Shown: positions 39,961 through 50,384, numbered from the stretch's first letter. The stretch: 64,000 nucleotides of DNA from Patescibacteria group bacterium (GCA_041649155.1 JBAZNP010000001.1:494564-558563), one strand, 5' to 3'. The notes: a model not told the origin generated them from the sequence alone. Numbers and translations: made by a program.

Positions 39961-40051
39961 ATATCTCCTAGTTTTGGCACGGTCTATATAAGTAAAACGA
40001 CTTCCAGGGCGGAAGTCGTCGGCTTTAATGCATGGATTGTACTACGTGGTG

Positions 40052-40423
40052 TTATGCAGCGGGCGGGAGAGGATCAATAAGATCGGATATTGAAGCAACG
40101 GCTTCTTCGACAGTGGCATAGATGTCGAAAGTTTTGTTGAGGTCAGTATAATTGAAAACGTTGAGAATTCGTGGAGAGGAGCAAGCGAGGGCTAGATTCC
40201 CGTCTTGCTCTCTAATACGCCTCAAGCTACTGAGCATAACGCCAAGACCGGTGGTGTCTAAGTAATCGACCTTGTTTAAATCGACTATCAGATTGACCCC
40301 GTCTTCTTTCATGGTATCCATGATCTGCTGTTTAAGCTGTGGGGAAGTATAGATATCCACTTCGCCTTCAAGGCTTATAACGGGGAAGATACTTGCGGTG
40401 CTGACCTCCATTTTGAAAGCCAT
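40052..40423 (-). CDS. STAS-domain anti-sigma-factor antagonist paralog 1 (SpoIIAA-like; Thr at phospho-site position)
   Basis: VDLNKVDYLDTTGLGVMLS is the STAS signature. RBS AAGGAGGTG. Confidence 0.75.
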   Translation of the reverse strand: MAFKMEVSTASIFPVISLEGEVDIYTSPQLKQQIMDTMKEDGVNLIVDLNKVDYLDTTGLGVMLSSLRRIREQDGNLALACSSPRILNVFNYTDLNKTFDIYATVEEAVASISDLIDPLPPAA

Positions 40424-40449
40424 TTTTTTCACCTCCTTTTCAATTCCAT

Positions 40450-40821
40450 TCAAGTTGAGAAGATAGCGCAGTAGGCATCTTGCAAAGATCCATAAACATT
40501 CATGGTCTTTTGGGCTCTAGCTATTTCAAATATCCTTTCTATCTCTGGTGAGATAATAACATGGAATTCTACTTTGGCATTTAATACAGCCAATCTATTT
40601 CTGAGCCAATTTAACGATCCAAAACCAGCTACATCCATGTAACTAATTTCGCCCAAGTCTAAGATTAGCTTAGAGTTATTGGTTAGATACTCCTGGTTGC
40701 TTTCGAGATAATCGCGAACAGTCAGTTTGAAGTGATCTCTGGTCTCAAAATCCAGTATTCCCTTCACATTAATGACATAACCATCTTCTTTGTAGTGATG
40801 CCACTTGATTTCGATATCCAA
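40450..40821 (-). CDS. STAS-domain protein paralog 2 (non-phosphorylatable: MDVAGFG)
   Basis: STAS fold pattern LILDLGEISYMDVAGFGSL. Confidence 0.65.
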   Translation of the reverse strand: MDIEIKWHHYKEDGYVINVKGILDFETRDHFKLTVRDYLESNQEYLTNNSKLILDLGEISYMDVAGFGSLNWLRNRLAVLNAKVEFHVIISPEIERIFEIARAQKTMNVYGSLQDAYCAIFST

Positions 40822-40894
40822 TTTTCATCCTCCATGAAACATATTTGTCCCATGTGTTTATAACATAAATTAAATATTCTGTCTATACTAATAA

Positions 40895-40925
40895 GAAAAT
40901 GGCCTCTGCACTCAGAGGCCATTAC
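40895..40925 (-). terminator. rho-independent terminator
   Basis: AATGGCCTCTG-agtgc-AGAGGCCATT followed on the minus strand by TTCTTATT. Confidence 0.65.
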
Positions 40926-40952
40926 GGGTCATGATTGATAACCAATAAGCTA

Positions 40953-41309
40953 TCAATCGGGTGCTTGGTCAGCTTCTTCGACTGAAGGAAAAATTTTGAA
41001 GAAACGAAGCATACCTGTTATTTCTAGAAAATCTTTTATTCGTGAGCTAAGTCCAAATAATCGCAAGTCTCCGTCGCAGTCCCTAAGTCTTTTAAGCTGA
41101 CTGACTATCTCTTGCAAGACAATATTGTCTATAAAAACGATATTGGTCATGTCGATGATCACAATCGTTTTCCCTAGACCTAATTGTTCCGAGATTACGT
41201 CTTTAAACTTAGACGCATATTCCTTTTTTACTTCTCCTTGATCATTCTGCTCGGGCAAGATAACTGCATTGCCGTTCGGTGTTTCTTGGACTTGTATTCC
41301 TTTAAACAT
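40953..41309 (-). CDS. STAS-domain protein paralog 3 (Asn at phospho-site position)
   Basis: IVIIDMTNIVFIDNIVLQEIVSQL. ORF open to the TTG at 41345; ATG 41309 has an upstream AGGAGG. Confidence 0.6.
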   Translation of the reverse strand: MFKGIQVQETPNGNAVILPEQNDQGEVKKEYASKFKDVISEQLGLGKTIVIIDMTNIVFIDNIVLQEIVSQLKRLRDCDGDLRLFGLSSRIKDFLEITGMLRFFKIFPSVEEADQAPD

Positions 41310-41504
41310 TTCCCCTTTTATTCCTCCTGTGAGTTCAGTCTGCAATTACTTTTAGAGTACCATAGCCTGGCGACAGAAAAAAATAACAATGTAAAATAAT
41401 AAATTCAGATTACTAAATTTGATATCAAGTGAACCGAAAATATTATACGAGGCTTAAAACATAAAGATGTTGAACTCAAGCTCTAGAGGTGCTAATATTT
41501 AAAC

Positions 41505-41798
41505 ATGGCGAAATTGGATATTTCTCAAATAGAACATATTGCAAAGCTCTCAAGATTGGAATTAACCGATGAGGAAAAAAAGTTGTATTCAGAACAGCTT
41601 TCTTCTGTGCTTGATTATGTTGAGCAGCTTTCCGAAGTAGATACGGACAATGTCGAAGCGACGGCAAATATCACAGGACTTAAAAATGTCTTTCGGGAAG
41701 ATGAAGTCGAAGAGAGCGGTGTTTCTCATGATGATATAAAATTAAACGCTCCAGAATTTAAGAGTGATAGTTTCGTTGTGCCAGGTGTGTTTGAGTAA
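41505..41798 (+). CDS. gatC: Asp/Glu-tRNA amidotransferase subunit C
   Basis: Typical GatC sequence IEHIAKLSRLELTDEE.... Confidence 0.9.
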   Translation: MAKLDISQIEHIAKLSRLELTDEEKKLYSEQLSSVLDYVEQLSEVDTDNVEATANITGLKNVFREDEVEESGVSHDDIKLNAPEFKSDSFVVPGVFE

Positions 41799-41844
41799 CT
41801 AGAAAACAACAGATTACGAATTATACTAATAATACAGATCACAT

Positions 41845-43398
41845 ATGAAGTTACATGAACTAACAATTAAAGAGGCGAGTGAGAAGCTGGCGAATGGCGA
41901 AATCACTTCAGTTGAATTGACTGAGGCTGTTTTTGAACGGATCAATGCTGTTGAGCCAAGAGTCGGTGCATATATTACTTTATGTAAAGAAAAAGCGCTG
42001 GAAATGGCCGAAGCTTCGGACGAAAGAAGAAGAGACGGCAATATTTTAAGTGAAATTGACGGTATCCCAATTGCAGTAAAAGATTTGTTTTTAACCAAAG
42101 GTGTAAAAACCACTGCCGCTTCAAACATTTTAAACGACTTTATCCCTATTCACGAGTCAACTTCGACAAAAAATCTATGGAAAGCCGGAGCGGTTTTGAT
42201 TGGCAAGACCAATCTTGATCAGTTTGCTATGGGTTCTTCAACGGAAACTTCAGCTTATAAAACATCAAAAGAATTTAATTCAACTACCAGAAATCCTTGG
42301 GACCTAGAAAGAGTTCCCGGCGGTTCATCGGGTGGTTCTGCGGCGGCTGTGGCGGCAGATGAGTGCATTGCTGCGGTTGGTACGGATACCGGTGGCTCAA
42401 TTCGCCAGCCAGCTAGCCTTTGCAGTATCACAGGTTTGAAACCAACTTATGGCCGCGTTTCCCGTTATGGAGTAATGGCGATGGCATCTTCTCTTGATCA
42501 GGTTGGTCCGATGACTAAAACAGTGGAAGATGCTGCGATATTATTAAAATATTTATCCGGATGGGACAAATATGATTCGACAAGTTCAAAAAAAGATGTA
42601 CCAGACTATATAAAATCTATAAACAAAGATATTAAGGGTTTAAAAATTGGCGTTCCTAAAGAATTTTTTGCTGAAGGATTATCACCGGAGGTAAAAGAAA
42701 TTGTAGAAGAGGGAATAAATAAGCTTAAATCGCTTGGAGCTGAGATCGTTGATGTTTCTTTGCCAATAGCAAAATATGCTTTAGCTGTTTATTATATTTT
42801 AATGCCGGCGGAAGTTAGCTCAAATTTGGCCAGGTTTGATGGTATTAGGTATGGTCTATCGACCATCAAGAAACAAGATGCAAATATCAAAAATCTGGAG
42901 GAGGTTTATTCAAAGTCACGAGCGGAAGGTTTTGGTGATGAAGCCAAAAGAAGAATAATGCTTGGAAGTTATGTTCTATCAGCTGGCTACTATGATGCAT
43001 ATTACAAAAAAGCTCAGAAAGTTAGAACGCTGGTAAAAAAAGAATTTGAAGAGATATTCTCCAAGGTAGATGTGATTGTTACTCCTGTGACACCGACGCC
43101 TGCCTTTAAGTTCGGTGAAAAAGTTGCAGATCCTCTGTCAATGTATTTGTCTGACGTAATGACCGTACCGGTAAATCCGGCGGGCTTGCCTGCAATGTCA
43201 ATTCCGGCTGGATTTGTTAACGCCGCATCCACCGAAGGTGGAGCAGGCGCCCCTGCTTCCGAAGGAATGCGGGGAAATAAAGAACTTCCAGTCGGTATGC
43301 AATTAATTGGTCCAATGTGGGGAGAGCAAACTTTATTAAACGTTGGATCTGCATTTCAGGATGCAACAGAATTTCATAAAAAGAAACCTTCCTTATAA
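41845..43398 (+). CDS. gatA: Asp/Glu-tRNA amidotransferase subunit A (with in-frame palindromic insertion)
   Basis: Amidase signature GGSSGGSAAAVAA. Confidence 0.9.
   Translation: MKLHELTIKEASEKLANGEITSVELTEAVFERINAVEPRVGAYITLCKEKALEMAEASDERRRDGNILSEIDGIPIAVKDLFLTKGVKTTAASNILNDFIPIHESTSTKNLWKAGAVLIGKTNLDQFAMGSSTETSAYKTSKEFNSTTRNPWDLERVPGGSSGGSAAAVAADECIAAVGTDTGGSIRQPASLCSITGLKPTYGRVSRYGVMAMASSLDQVGPMTKTVEDAAILLKYLSGWDKYDSTSSKKDVPDYIKSINKDIKGLKIGVPKEFFAEGLSPEVKEIVEEGINKLKSLGAEIVDVSLPIAKYALAVYYILMPAEVSSNLARFDGIRYGLSTIKKQDANIKNLEEVYSKSRAEGFGDEAKRRIMLGSYVLSAGYYDAYYKKAQKVRTLVKKEFEEIFSKVDVIVTPVTPTPAFKFGEKVADPLSMYLSDVMTVPVNPAGLPAMSIPAGFVNAASTEGGAGAPASEGMRGNKELPVGMQLIGPMWGEQTLLNVGSAFQDATEFHKKKPSL
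43227..43275 (+). repeat. in-frame palindromic element family 3 (CCACCGAAGGTGG-GCAGGCGCCCCTGC), copy in gatA
   Basis: Encodes ASTEGGAGAPASEGMRG. A near-identical nucleotide segment is at 56477-56531. Confidence 0.8.
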
Positions 43399-43423
43399 GA
43401 AGTTTAAGGTCTATCTAATTTCT

Positions 43424-43470
43424 AGCCCCGATGTCATATCGGGGTTGCAACCGTCGAAATTCGACAAACC
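43424..43470 (+). repeat. intergenic repeat family 2 (CCCGATGTCATATCGGGG...TCGAAATTCGACAA)
   Basis: Second copy at 52457-52506. Confidence 0.7.
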
Positions 43471-43504
43471 TTAAACTTTACACTGGTATATTAATGGAAA
43501 AACG

Positions 43505-44158
43505 ATGGGAAAAAGAGCAAGAATAAGAAAACAGAAGATTGAGCAGGAAAAGATCGAGCGCAAAGAGATGCTTGAAAAAATTTACTATGAAAAAAATCCA
43601 TGGTTGAAATTTTGGAAAAGAATAGATTTCTGGATTTATACAGTTTGTCTCTTGGCTGTTATTGCTTATCCGTTTGCGATGAAAGGAAAAATTAACATGA
43701 ATGACAGGGCAATTATTCATACTTCAATGGGTGATATTGAGATTGAATTGTACGGAAAAGATGCACCTAAAACAGTTGATAATTTTGAAAAGCTTGCCAA
43801 AGAAGGTTTCTATGATGGTCTTTTATGGCATCGTGTTGTTGAAGGCTTTGTAATCCAGACAGGTGATCCAAACGGAGATGGAACTGGCGGTCCGGGTTAT
43901 CAATTTGACGATGAGATAAACAGTCAAAAATTTGTCACGGGATCAGTGGGTATGGCAAATGCCGGCGAAAACACAAACGGCAGCCAGTTTTTTATTACGA
44001 CTAGCGCAGAGGCTGAACAGTCATTGGATGGTAAATATACTAATTTTGGATTGGTTGTCAGGGGACTGGATGTAGTGCAGGCAATAGGCGTTGCTCCGGT
44101 TGATGAAAATGACAAGCCGCTTAGTGATATTACAGTTGAAAGTATTGAGATTAAATAA
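43505..44158 (+). CDS. ppiB: cyclophilin-type peptidyl-prolyl isomerase with N-terminal basic/TM anchor
   Basis: HRVV.GF..QTGDP, GPGYQFDDE, MANAGENTNGSQFFIT. Confidence 0.85.
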   Translation: MGKRARIRKQKIEQEKIERKEMLEKIYYEKNPWLKFWKRIDFWIYTVCLLAVIAYPFAMKGKINMNDRAIIHTSMGDIEIELYGKDAPKTVDNFEKLAKEGFYDGLLWHRVVEGFVIQTGDPNGDGTGGPGYQFDDEINSQKFVTGSVGMANAGENTNGSQFFITTSAEAEQSLDGKYTNFGLVVRGLDVVQAIGVAPVDENDKPLSDITVESIEIK

Positions 44159-44233
44159 TTTAAATTACCAAATGTTTAAACATTGTAAATTTAGATTTTT
44201 AATTCATTTTAAATTTTAAATTATAAATTAAAG

Positions 44234-44689
44234 ATGTCATATCAAAAACATTCTAAAAAACAGAGCAAAACATTTCTCGAGATAGCACTTGTTGGCATTA
44301 TGAGGGCTTTATGGTTTTTAATAAAACTTCCTTTCAAGGGTATGGCAAAAAAGAAGGGCATTTCGGTTGCAGAGCGAAATGAAATTACGTTAAGAAGACA
44401 TAAAATTGAAAGCCTTTTAAATAGTAATAGCGAAATTGAATTAAAACACGCTGTTTTAGAAGCAGATAAACTAGTTGATCACATTCTAAAATTGAAGGGT
44501 TATGAAGGCGACACTTTCGCGGACAAATTGAGATCAGCGGAAGAAAGCATGAGCCACTTAACATATAATGAAATCTGGCAGGGTCACAAAATCAGAAATC
44601 GTATTGCTCATGAGAATGAATTAAGAATCACGAATCAAGAATTAAGAACAGCCGCAGACAAGCTATTAAAATTCACAAAGAGTATTTAA
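44234..44689 (+). CDS. hypothetical HEPN-like domain protein with N-terminal hydrophobic helix
   Basis: 151 aa. C-terminal helical region with R-x4-H (RNRIAHE). Confidence 0.45.
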   Translation: MSYQKHSKKQSKTFLEIALVGIMRALWFLIKLPFKGMAKKKGISVAERNEITLRRHKIESLLNSNSEIELKHAVLEADKLVDHILKLKGYEGDTFADKLRSAEESMSHLTYNEIWQGHKIRNRIAHENELRITNQELRTAADKLLKFTKSI

Positions 44690-44788
44690 GCCATACAGAA
44701 AGCTAATATAACGAATTTAAACAAAAATTATTAAACGGTTAGTTTTTATTAGTTGTATTCGCCTTTTGTATAGAAGTAAGGAATATTT

Positions 44789-46186
44789 ATGCCAAATCTT
44801 AAAACTACAATCGGACTGGAAATTCATGTTCAGCTCAAAACAAAGAGCAAAATGTTTTGTCGTTGCGACAACAATGCTGAAAATAAAGCGCCAAATACGA
44901 CTGTCTGTCCGATCTGCTTAGGAATGCCGGGAACACTTCCTGTTATGAATAAACAGGCGGTTTTGTGGACGATTAAAACCGGTTTAGCTGTGAACTGTAC
45001 TATTCCCAAAATTGCCAAGTTTGACCGTAAACATTACTTTTATCCCGACTTACCAAAGGGTTACCAGATTAGCCAGTATGACGAACCGTTTTGTGTCGGT
45101 GGATATCTTGAAGTAGATGGCGCAAAAGTGCGATTTAATAGAATCCATCTAGAAGAAGATGCTGGAAAATTGATCCATTCAGACGGAAAAAGTCTGGTTG
45201 ATTTAAATCGTGCCGGCACGCCATTAATGGAAATAGTTACTGAGCCGGATATAACATCTCCAAAACAAGCAGGTGATTTTTTACGTGAACTCCAGAAAAT
45301 TGTTCGTGATGTTGTGCAGGTTTCTGATGCGAATATGGAGAAAGGGCATTTGCGTTGCGATGCCAACATTTCTATTACTGACGGTGAACGGATGTCAGAA
45401 ATTGTCGAGTTAAAAAACATTAATTCATTTCGTTTTGTCGAACGTGCGCTCATTCTCGAAGAAGAAAGATTGAAAGCAGAATATCCAAATTGGCCGGAGA
45501 AGAAAGGCAAGGTTACCAGAGGCTATGATAGCAAAAAGAATAGTACGTATGCCCAGAGGACAAAAGAGGAAGCGGCTGATTACAGATACTTTCCGGAGCC
45601 TGATTTGCCACCGATTGATACTAGCGAATTCAATCTGGAAGAATTAAAATCAGAAATCGGTGAAGACGAGAAAACCAAAATCGATAAATATATTAAATTG
45701 GGCATTAATGAGTCCGATGCCAAGGTATTGACCACCAATTCTAATAAAGAGAAAATGTTTATTAATATTTCAGAGCATTTAAAATCGAATAATTTATTTT
45801 CTATTCTTGCTACTGCAATAGTTCATAATTACTTTGGTTTTGAAGACATCACCATGGATAAATCCAATGATTATGCTGGAGCGATCGAGGCCTTGGTTGA
45901 CAAGAAAATATCAAAGAATGTCTTATCTCAAATTGTTGGTCAAATTCATGACAGTAACATCTCCTTTGAGGAGGCCTTCAGCAAATTCTCAGGTGAGAAT
46001 GAAAATATTGATTTAGACGAAATAATTTCAAAAATAATTTCCGATAATACTAAAGAAGTTGAGGCATATAAATCGGGTAAGAAGCAGCTGTTTGGATTTT
46101 TCATGGGACAAGTGATGAGAGAAACTGGCGGTAAAGTCGATCCTGCTCTTGTAAATAAAACGCTTCACGATAAGTTGGACAACTAA
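44789..46186 (+). CDS. gatB: Asp/Glu-tRNA amidotransferase subunit B
   Basis: TIGLEIHVQL, CRCDNN, C-terminal GatB/YqeY. Confidence 0.9.
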   Translation: MPNLKTTIGLEIHVQLKTKSKMFCRCDNNAENKAPNTTVCPICLGMPGTLPVMNKQAVLWTIKTGLAVNCTIPKIAKFDRKHYFYPDLPKGYQISQYDEPFCVGGYLEVDGAKVRFNRIHLEEDAGKLIHSDGKSLVDLNRAGTPLMEIVTEPDITSPKQAGDFLRELQKIVRDVVQVSDANMEKGHLRCDANISITDGERMSEIVELKNINSFRFVERALILEEERLKAEYPNWPEKKGKVTRGYDSKKNSTYAQRTKEEAADYRYFPEPDLPPIDTSEFNLEELKSEIGEDEKTKIDKYIKLGINESDAKVLTTNSNKEKMFINISEHLKSNNLFSILATAIVHNYFGFEDITMDKSNDYAGAIEALVDKKISKNVLSQIVGQIHDSNISFEEAFSKFSGENENIDLDEIISKIISDNTKEVEAYKSGKKQLFGFFMGQVMRETGGKVDPALVNKTLHDKLDN

Positions 46187-46338
46187 TAATCCTCGCAATG
46201 ACAAAGGAAGTTTTTACAAAATCACATTGCTTAAACAGTAATTTGGTAATATAATTAGAACTACTTAGGCTTTATATCTTATAGATTAAAAATTTGGGCT
46301 AAAGGCCCATCAGCCTCTGGCTGAAAATTGGAGGGGAA

Positions 46339-46608
46339 ATGATAATTGATGTTCTTATTCAAATCTTGATAGTGGTTGCCATAGTTGCAATTACGCTTCT
46401 GATTATTGTTCTTTGGAAAACAAATATAGTACTGGATGATTTCAAGGAAACCAGCAAGATTGCAAAGAGGAGAGTAAAGCAGCTAGATAGCTGCCTTGAT
46501 GGTCTAGAAAATGCAATTAACAATGCTTCGAGTGTAATTAAAGGATTTTGTTCTTCTTTGGAGACCGGTCAAAAAATTAAAGAAAAATTAAAAAGTTTTT
46601 GGGAATAA
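46339..46608 (+). CDS. DUF948-like small membrane protein
   Basis: N-terminal TM plus coiled coil. Pairs with the downstream YtxH-like gene. Confidence 0.5.
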   Translation: MIIDVLIQILIVVAIVAITLLIIVLWKTNIVLDDFKETSKIAKRRVKQLDSCLDGLENAINNASSVIKGFCSSLETGQKIKEKLKSFWE

Positions 46609-46620
46609 GGAAGGAAAATC

Positions 46621-46854
46621 ATGACAAATAAACCGGAAGGATCTAATGGTAAATTTGTAATTGGCGCTGTGCTTGGCGTATTGGCTGGTGCAGTTGCAGG
46701 AGTTTTGCTTGCGCCGCGAAGTGGTAAAGAAACCAGAAAAATCGTAGCAAGCAAGACAAAAGAATATAAAAAGAGCGGAACGGAGTTTGTCGCGAAAGAA
46801 GCGAGTGTCGCTAAGAAAGCTATTGAAGATACTGTTGATAAAATTAAAAAATAA
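46621..46854 (+). CDS. YtxH-like protein
   Basis: GAVLGVLAGAVAGVLLAPRSGKETR is the YtxH signature. Confidence 0.65.
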   Translation: MTNKPEGSNGKFVIGAVLGVLAGAVAGVLLAPRSGKETRKIVASKTKEYKKSGTEFVAKEASVAKKAIEDTVDKIKK

Positions 46855-46868
46855 ATAGGTGAGGTTAT

Positions 46869-48077
46869 ATGAAAAAAGTTGAATATGAAGATTCAATTGA
46901 TGATGATTTGAGAGGTGATGTAAAACCAAAAAGACGTAGGTGGGCTCTTTTTATTGCAATAGTTGTTATTGCCTTTATTGTTGGAGTCATCGGTGGGTTG
47001 GGTGGAATTTTAGTTCTGTCGGCAGATAACGGAAATATAGCTAAAAAATTGGGACTTAATTTTTCCGAGCTTTCAATTCCAACTATAAAAACTGAAAAGC
47101 TGGTTTTGGAAGAATCCAATGCAGTTATTGATGCTTCCGCTAAAGTATCGTCGGCGGTTGTTTCAATTCAGCAAAAATCAACTGTTCAGGATCAATTTGG
47201 CCAAACATATGAGACAGGTGGATCTGGTACTGGTTTTATTATTACAAATGATGGCTTAATTCTAACAAATAAACATGTGGTTACTGATACAACTGCAAAA
47301 TATACAGTAACAATGGACGATGGTAAAATATACGATGCTGTCGTGCAATCGGTTGATCCTTTTCAGGATATTGCGGTAATAAAAATCGATGCTAAAAATT
47401 TACCGGTTGTTGAACTGGGAGATTCAGATGAATTGAAGGTGGGGCAGTGGGTGGTCGCTGTAGGAAACGCTTTGGGTAAATTTGAGAATACTGTAACGGT
47501 CGGAATTATTTCTGCTAGAAATAGAACAATTGAAGCTACCGATGACCAAGGTAATAATTCTGAATCTATGGACAATGTTATACAAACAGATGCCGCAATT
47601 AATTCCGGTAATTCTGGCGGTCCGTTGGTTAATCTGAAAGGTCAGGTTATTGGGATAAATACTGCAGTTGCTGCTGATGCACAAGGTATTGGGTTTGCTA
47701 TTCCTATTAACGAAGCGAAATCAGCAATCGACAGTATTAAAAAAACCGGCAGAATTATAAGGCCCTATCTGGGGGTTAGATATCTGCCTATTACAAAAGA
47801 AATTGCCACAGCTAATAAATACCCTGTTGATTATGGGGCACTGATAGTGAAGGGCAGTTCGGATAGTCAGGTTGCAGTTGTGCCTAGTTCGCCTGCGGAT
47901 AAAGCGGGAATTACTGAAAACGATATTATTCTAGAAGTTAACGGCGATAAAATTGACGAGAATAACGGATTGATAAAGCTTATTCAACAATATCAAGTTG
48001 GGGACACAGTGGAACTAAAAGTTCTTTCTAACGGTGATGAGAAGACGGTTAAGGTCAAGTTAGAAGAAGGAAAGTAA
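46869..48077 (+). CDS. htrA: HtrA/DegP trypsin-like serine protease with PDZ
   Basis: GSGTGFIIT...LTNKHVV (His), D, GNSGGPLVN (Ser), C-terminal PDZ. Confidence 0.9.
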   Translation: MKKVEYEDSIDDDLRGDVKPKRRRWALFIAIVVIAFIVGVIGGLGGILVLSADNGNIAKKLGLNFSELSIPTIKTEKLVLEESNAVIDASAKVSSAVVSIQQKSTVQDQFGQTYETGGSGTGFIITNDGLILTNKHVVTDTTAKYTVTMDDGKIYDAVVQSVDPFQDIAVIKIDAKNLPVVELGDSDELKVGQWVVAVGNALGKFENTVTVGIISARNRTIEATDDQGNNSESMDNVIQTDAAINSGNSGGPLVNLKGQVIGINTAVAADAQGIGFAIPINEAKSAIDSIKKTGRIIRPYLGVRYLPITKEIATANKYPVDYGALIVKGSSDSQVAVVPSSPADKAGITENDIILEVNGDKIDENNGLIKLIQQYQVGDTVELKVLSNGDEKTVKVKLEEGK

Positions 48078-48078
48078 G

Positions 48079-48107
48079 AAAAAAATCCGCCTAGAGCGGA
48101 TTTTTTT
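48079..48107. terminator. bidirectional rho-independent terminator
   Basis: AAAAAAATCCGC-ctaga-GCGGATTTTTTT. Confidence 0.8.
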
Positions 48108-48109
48108 AA

Positions 48110-48228
48110 ATGTCTAAACCTTAATGCCTAATGACTAATAAAAATCTAAATGACAAATTTATAAATTTAATAATTGGACATTTTATTTGAAATTAGAAAT
48201 TAGGATTTTGGATTTAAATGATTGATGC
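48110..48228 (+). repeat. AT-rich intergenic repeat (family of 2921-3000)
   Basis: ttggacattttatttgaaattagaaattaggattttggattt. Lies between convergent genes. Confidence 0.55.
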
Positions 48229-48259
48229 TTGTTTGGGTTAATTAGAATAATTAGGTCAA

Positions 48260-49171
48260 TTAGACATTTATTTCTACATATCGATCTAAGCCGGCCAAAT
48301 CTTTTATTAGTTCCACCTCAGAGTGGGGGAATTGTTTTTTTGCAAATTCCAAAATTGATTTTGCGTTACGGCAGTCAAGTTCTAGCAATATTAATCCGTC
48401 TTGAACAACGTGACTTTTTGCTTCAATTAAAAATCTTTTAACAATCGCCATGCCGTCATCATCGGCAAAAATTGCACTTTGTGGCTCAAAGGAAATGCCT
48501 TCTTTAATTCCATGATTCATAATTCTAGATTCATGATTCTGGTGGCGGGGGACGTATGGTAAATTTGCGGTGATTAAATCAAATTTTTTATTTAAAAATC
48601 GGTTGGAGAATAGATCGGAATTATAAAATTTAATATAGTTATCAACTTTATGATTTTTTGAATTTTTTTTAGCAACCGCTATCGCCTTCTTCGAAATATC
48701 TGTCGCATAAAATGCGACAGAATCATGAATCATGAATCTTGAATCAAGGAGGGATTTAATAAGCGAAATTATGATACAACCAGAACCAGTTCCCACATCG
48801 AGAATATTTATTTTCTCATAATTCTTGATTCTAGATTCTTGATTCTGAAAAAAAACTATGCTTTTTTCCACCAGCCATTCGGTCTCTGGCCGCGGGATGA
48901 GTACATTTTTATTTACTATAAAATCATTGCCAAAGAATTCTTTGTGCCCTAAAATGTAGGCGATTGGCTCCCCTATTTTTCGTTTTCTGATATGGTGGCG
49001 GAAACGATAATATTGTGAGTTTGTAATTAAGTACTCTGGATGAGAGAAGATAAAAACATCATTTTTGGAGGTAGTTTTCATCAAAAGCAATTTAGCATCA
49101 ATTTCTGCCGATTTAATGCCGGCATTTTTTAGCTCGAGAATTGATTTATTTAAAAGAGATTGAAGTGTCAT
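48260..49171 (-). CDS. prmC: release factor glutamine methyltransferase PrmC/HemK
   Basis: N-terminal MTLQSLLNKS. SAM motif ILDVGTGSGCI and NLPY (NPPY-type). The ORF stays open upstream to the ATG at 49312, through a palindromic element. Confidence 0.8.
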   Translation of the reverse strand: MTLQSLLNKSILELKNAGIKSAEIDAKLLLMKTTSKNDVFIFSHPEYLITNSQYYRFRHHIRKRKIGEPIAYILGHKEFFGNDFIVNKNVLIPRPETEWLVEKSIVFFQNQESRIKNYEKINILDVGTGSGCIIISLIKSLLDSRFMIHDSVAFYATDISKKAIAVAKKNSKNHKVDNYIKFYNSDLFSNRFLNKKFDLITANLPYVPRHQNHESRIMNHGIKEGISFEPQSAIFADDDGMAIVKRFLIEAKSHVVQDGLILLELDCRNAKSILEFAKKQFPHSEVELIKDLAGLDRYVEINV

Positions 49172-49177
49172 TGATAT

Positions 49178-49312
49178 GTCATTTCGAGCCATTCCGAACC
49201 CGCTGCTGGGCGGATTTGAGGAAGGCGACCTGCCTGCCGGCAGGCAGGGAAATCCTATCGCATACGCGATGACGGGATCCCTCGACTCGCATTCACTCGC
49301 TCGGGATGACAT
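49178..49312 (-). repeat. palindromic element family 1, copy G (135 bp), in-frame upstream extension of prmC
   Basis: GTCATTTCGAGCC...GCTCGGGATGACAT with an internal palindrome GACCTGCCTGCCGGCAGGCAGG. Confidence 0.8.
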
Positions 49313-49319
49313 TTAATTG

Positions 49320-50384
49320 TTAGCTTTGTTGTGCAAGCTTTAAGGCTTGGTCTTCGTCTATTAGAGCGGTAATTATTGGTTCAATGTCGCCGTTCATAAT
49401 TTTAGGCAGGGAATGCCAAGACTGGTTAATTCTATGATCTGTAATGCGATCCTGAGGGAAATTGTAGGTTCTAATCTTTTCTGATCTGTCACCTGTTCCA
49501 ATCTGGGATTTTCTTGCGTCCCCTCTTTCTTTCGCCAGTCTTTCTTCTTCTGCCACAAGCAAACGCGAGCGTAAAATACTCATGGCTTTAGCTTTGTTCT
49601 TTAGCTGGCTTTTTTCATCCTGACAACTTACCACCAAGCCTGTTGGTAAATGAGTTATCCGGACAGCAGAATCAGTTGTATTCACTGACTGTCCGCCAGG
49701 TCCAGATGAACGGAACACATCTATTCTGATTTCGTCTGGTTTTATTTCGATATCTGCTTCTTCTGCTTCAGGGAGAACAGCCACGGTAATTGTGGAGGTG
49801 TGAATTCGACCTGACTTTTCTGTTTCAGGAACACGCTGAACCCTGTGAACTCCACTTTCATATTTCATTTTTGAATAGACTTTTTCACCTTTTACTTCAA
49901 GTGCCATGTATTTGACACCGCCGACTCCCGATGTTTGAGATGATAAAATGCCAATATGCCAGCCTAGTGTTTCGGCGTAATGTGAGTACATTCGGAAAAT
50001 TTCTGCGGCAAAGAGCTCTGACTCTTCTCCGCCCGCTGCTGGCCGTATTTCAATTATAACGTTCTTTTCGTCCAATGGATCTTTCGGCAATAATTCAAGC
50101 TCAAGTTCTTTTTCGAGAACCTGTTTTTCGTTTTCTAGATCAGATAGTTCTTCTTGCGCAATTTCTTTTAGTTCTTCGTCTTCGCTTTGCAGTATTTCTT
50201 TATTTTCCTTGATATTTTTTTGTACAACGAAAAATCGCTCGGTTTTCTTAGCAAAATCTTCAGATGCTGACTTCTCTTTAGCCAGTTTTGCGTATTCTGA
50301 AGGATCGCCCTGAATTGCAGGGTCATTAAGCTTATTCTCGAGTTCTTTGTACCGGTCTAAAATTTTTTGTAATTTATCATTCAT
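49320..50384 (-). CDS. prfA: peptide chain release factor 1
   Basis: GGQ motif ([23 protein letters not shown]), RF1-type PxT region. Start [12 protein letters not shown] at 50384; ORF open to 50471. Confidence 0.88.
   Translation of the reverse strand: MNDKLQKILDRYKELENKLNDPAIQGDPSEYAKLAKEKSASEDFAKKTERFFVVQKNIKENKEILQSEDEELKEIAQEELSDLENEKQVLEKELELELLPKDPLDEKNVIIEIRPAAGGEESELFAAEIFRMYSHYAETLGWHIGILSSQTSGVGGVKYMALEVKGEKVYSKMKYESGVHRVQRVPETEKSGRIHTSTITVAVLPEAEEADIEIKPDEIRIDVFRSSGPGGQSVNTTDSAVRITHLPTGLVVSCQDEKSQLKNKAKAMSILRSRLLVAEEERLAKERGDARKSQIGTGDRSEKIRTYNFPQDRITDHRINQSWHSLPKIMNGDIEPIITALIDEDQALKLAQQS

Noticed and set aside
49172-49312. PrmC N-terminal 47-residue extension as genuine protein sequence
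   Set aside because: The extension is encoded entirely by a palindromic repeat element, and PrmC orthologs start at MTLQ-like sequence. It is kept as a finding rather than as the annotated start. Translation from 49312 cannot be excluded.
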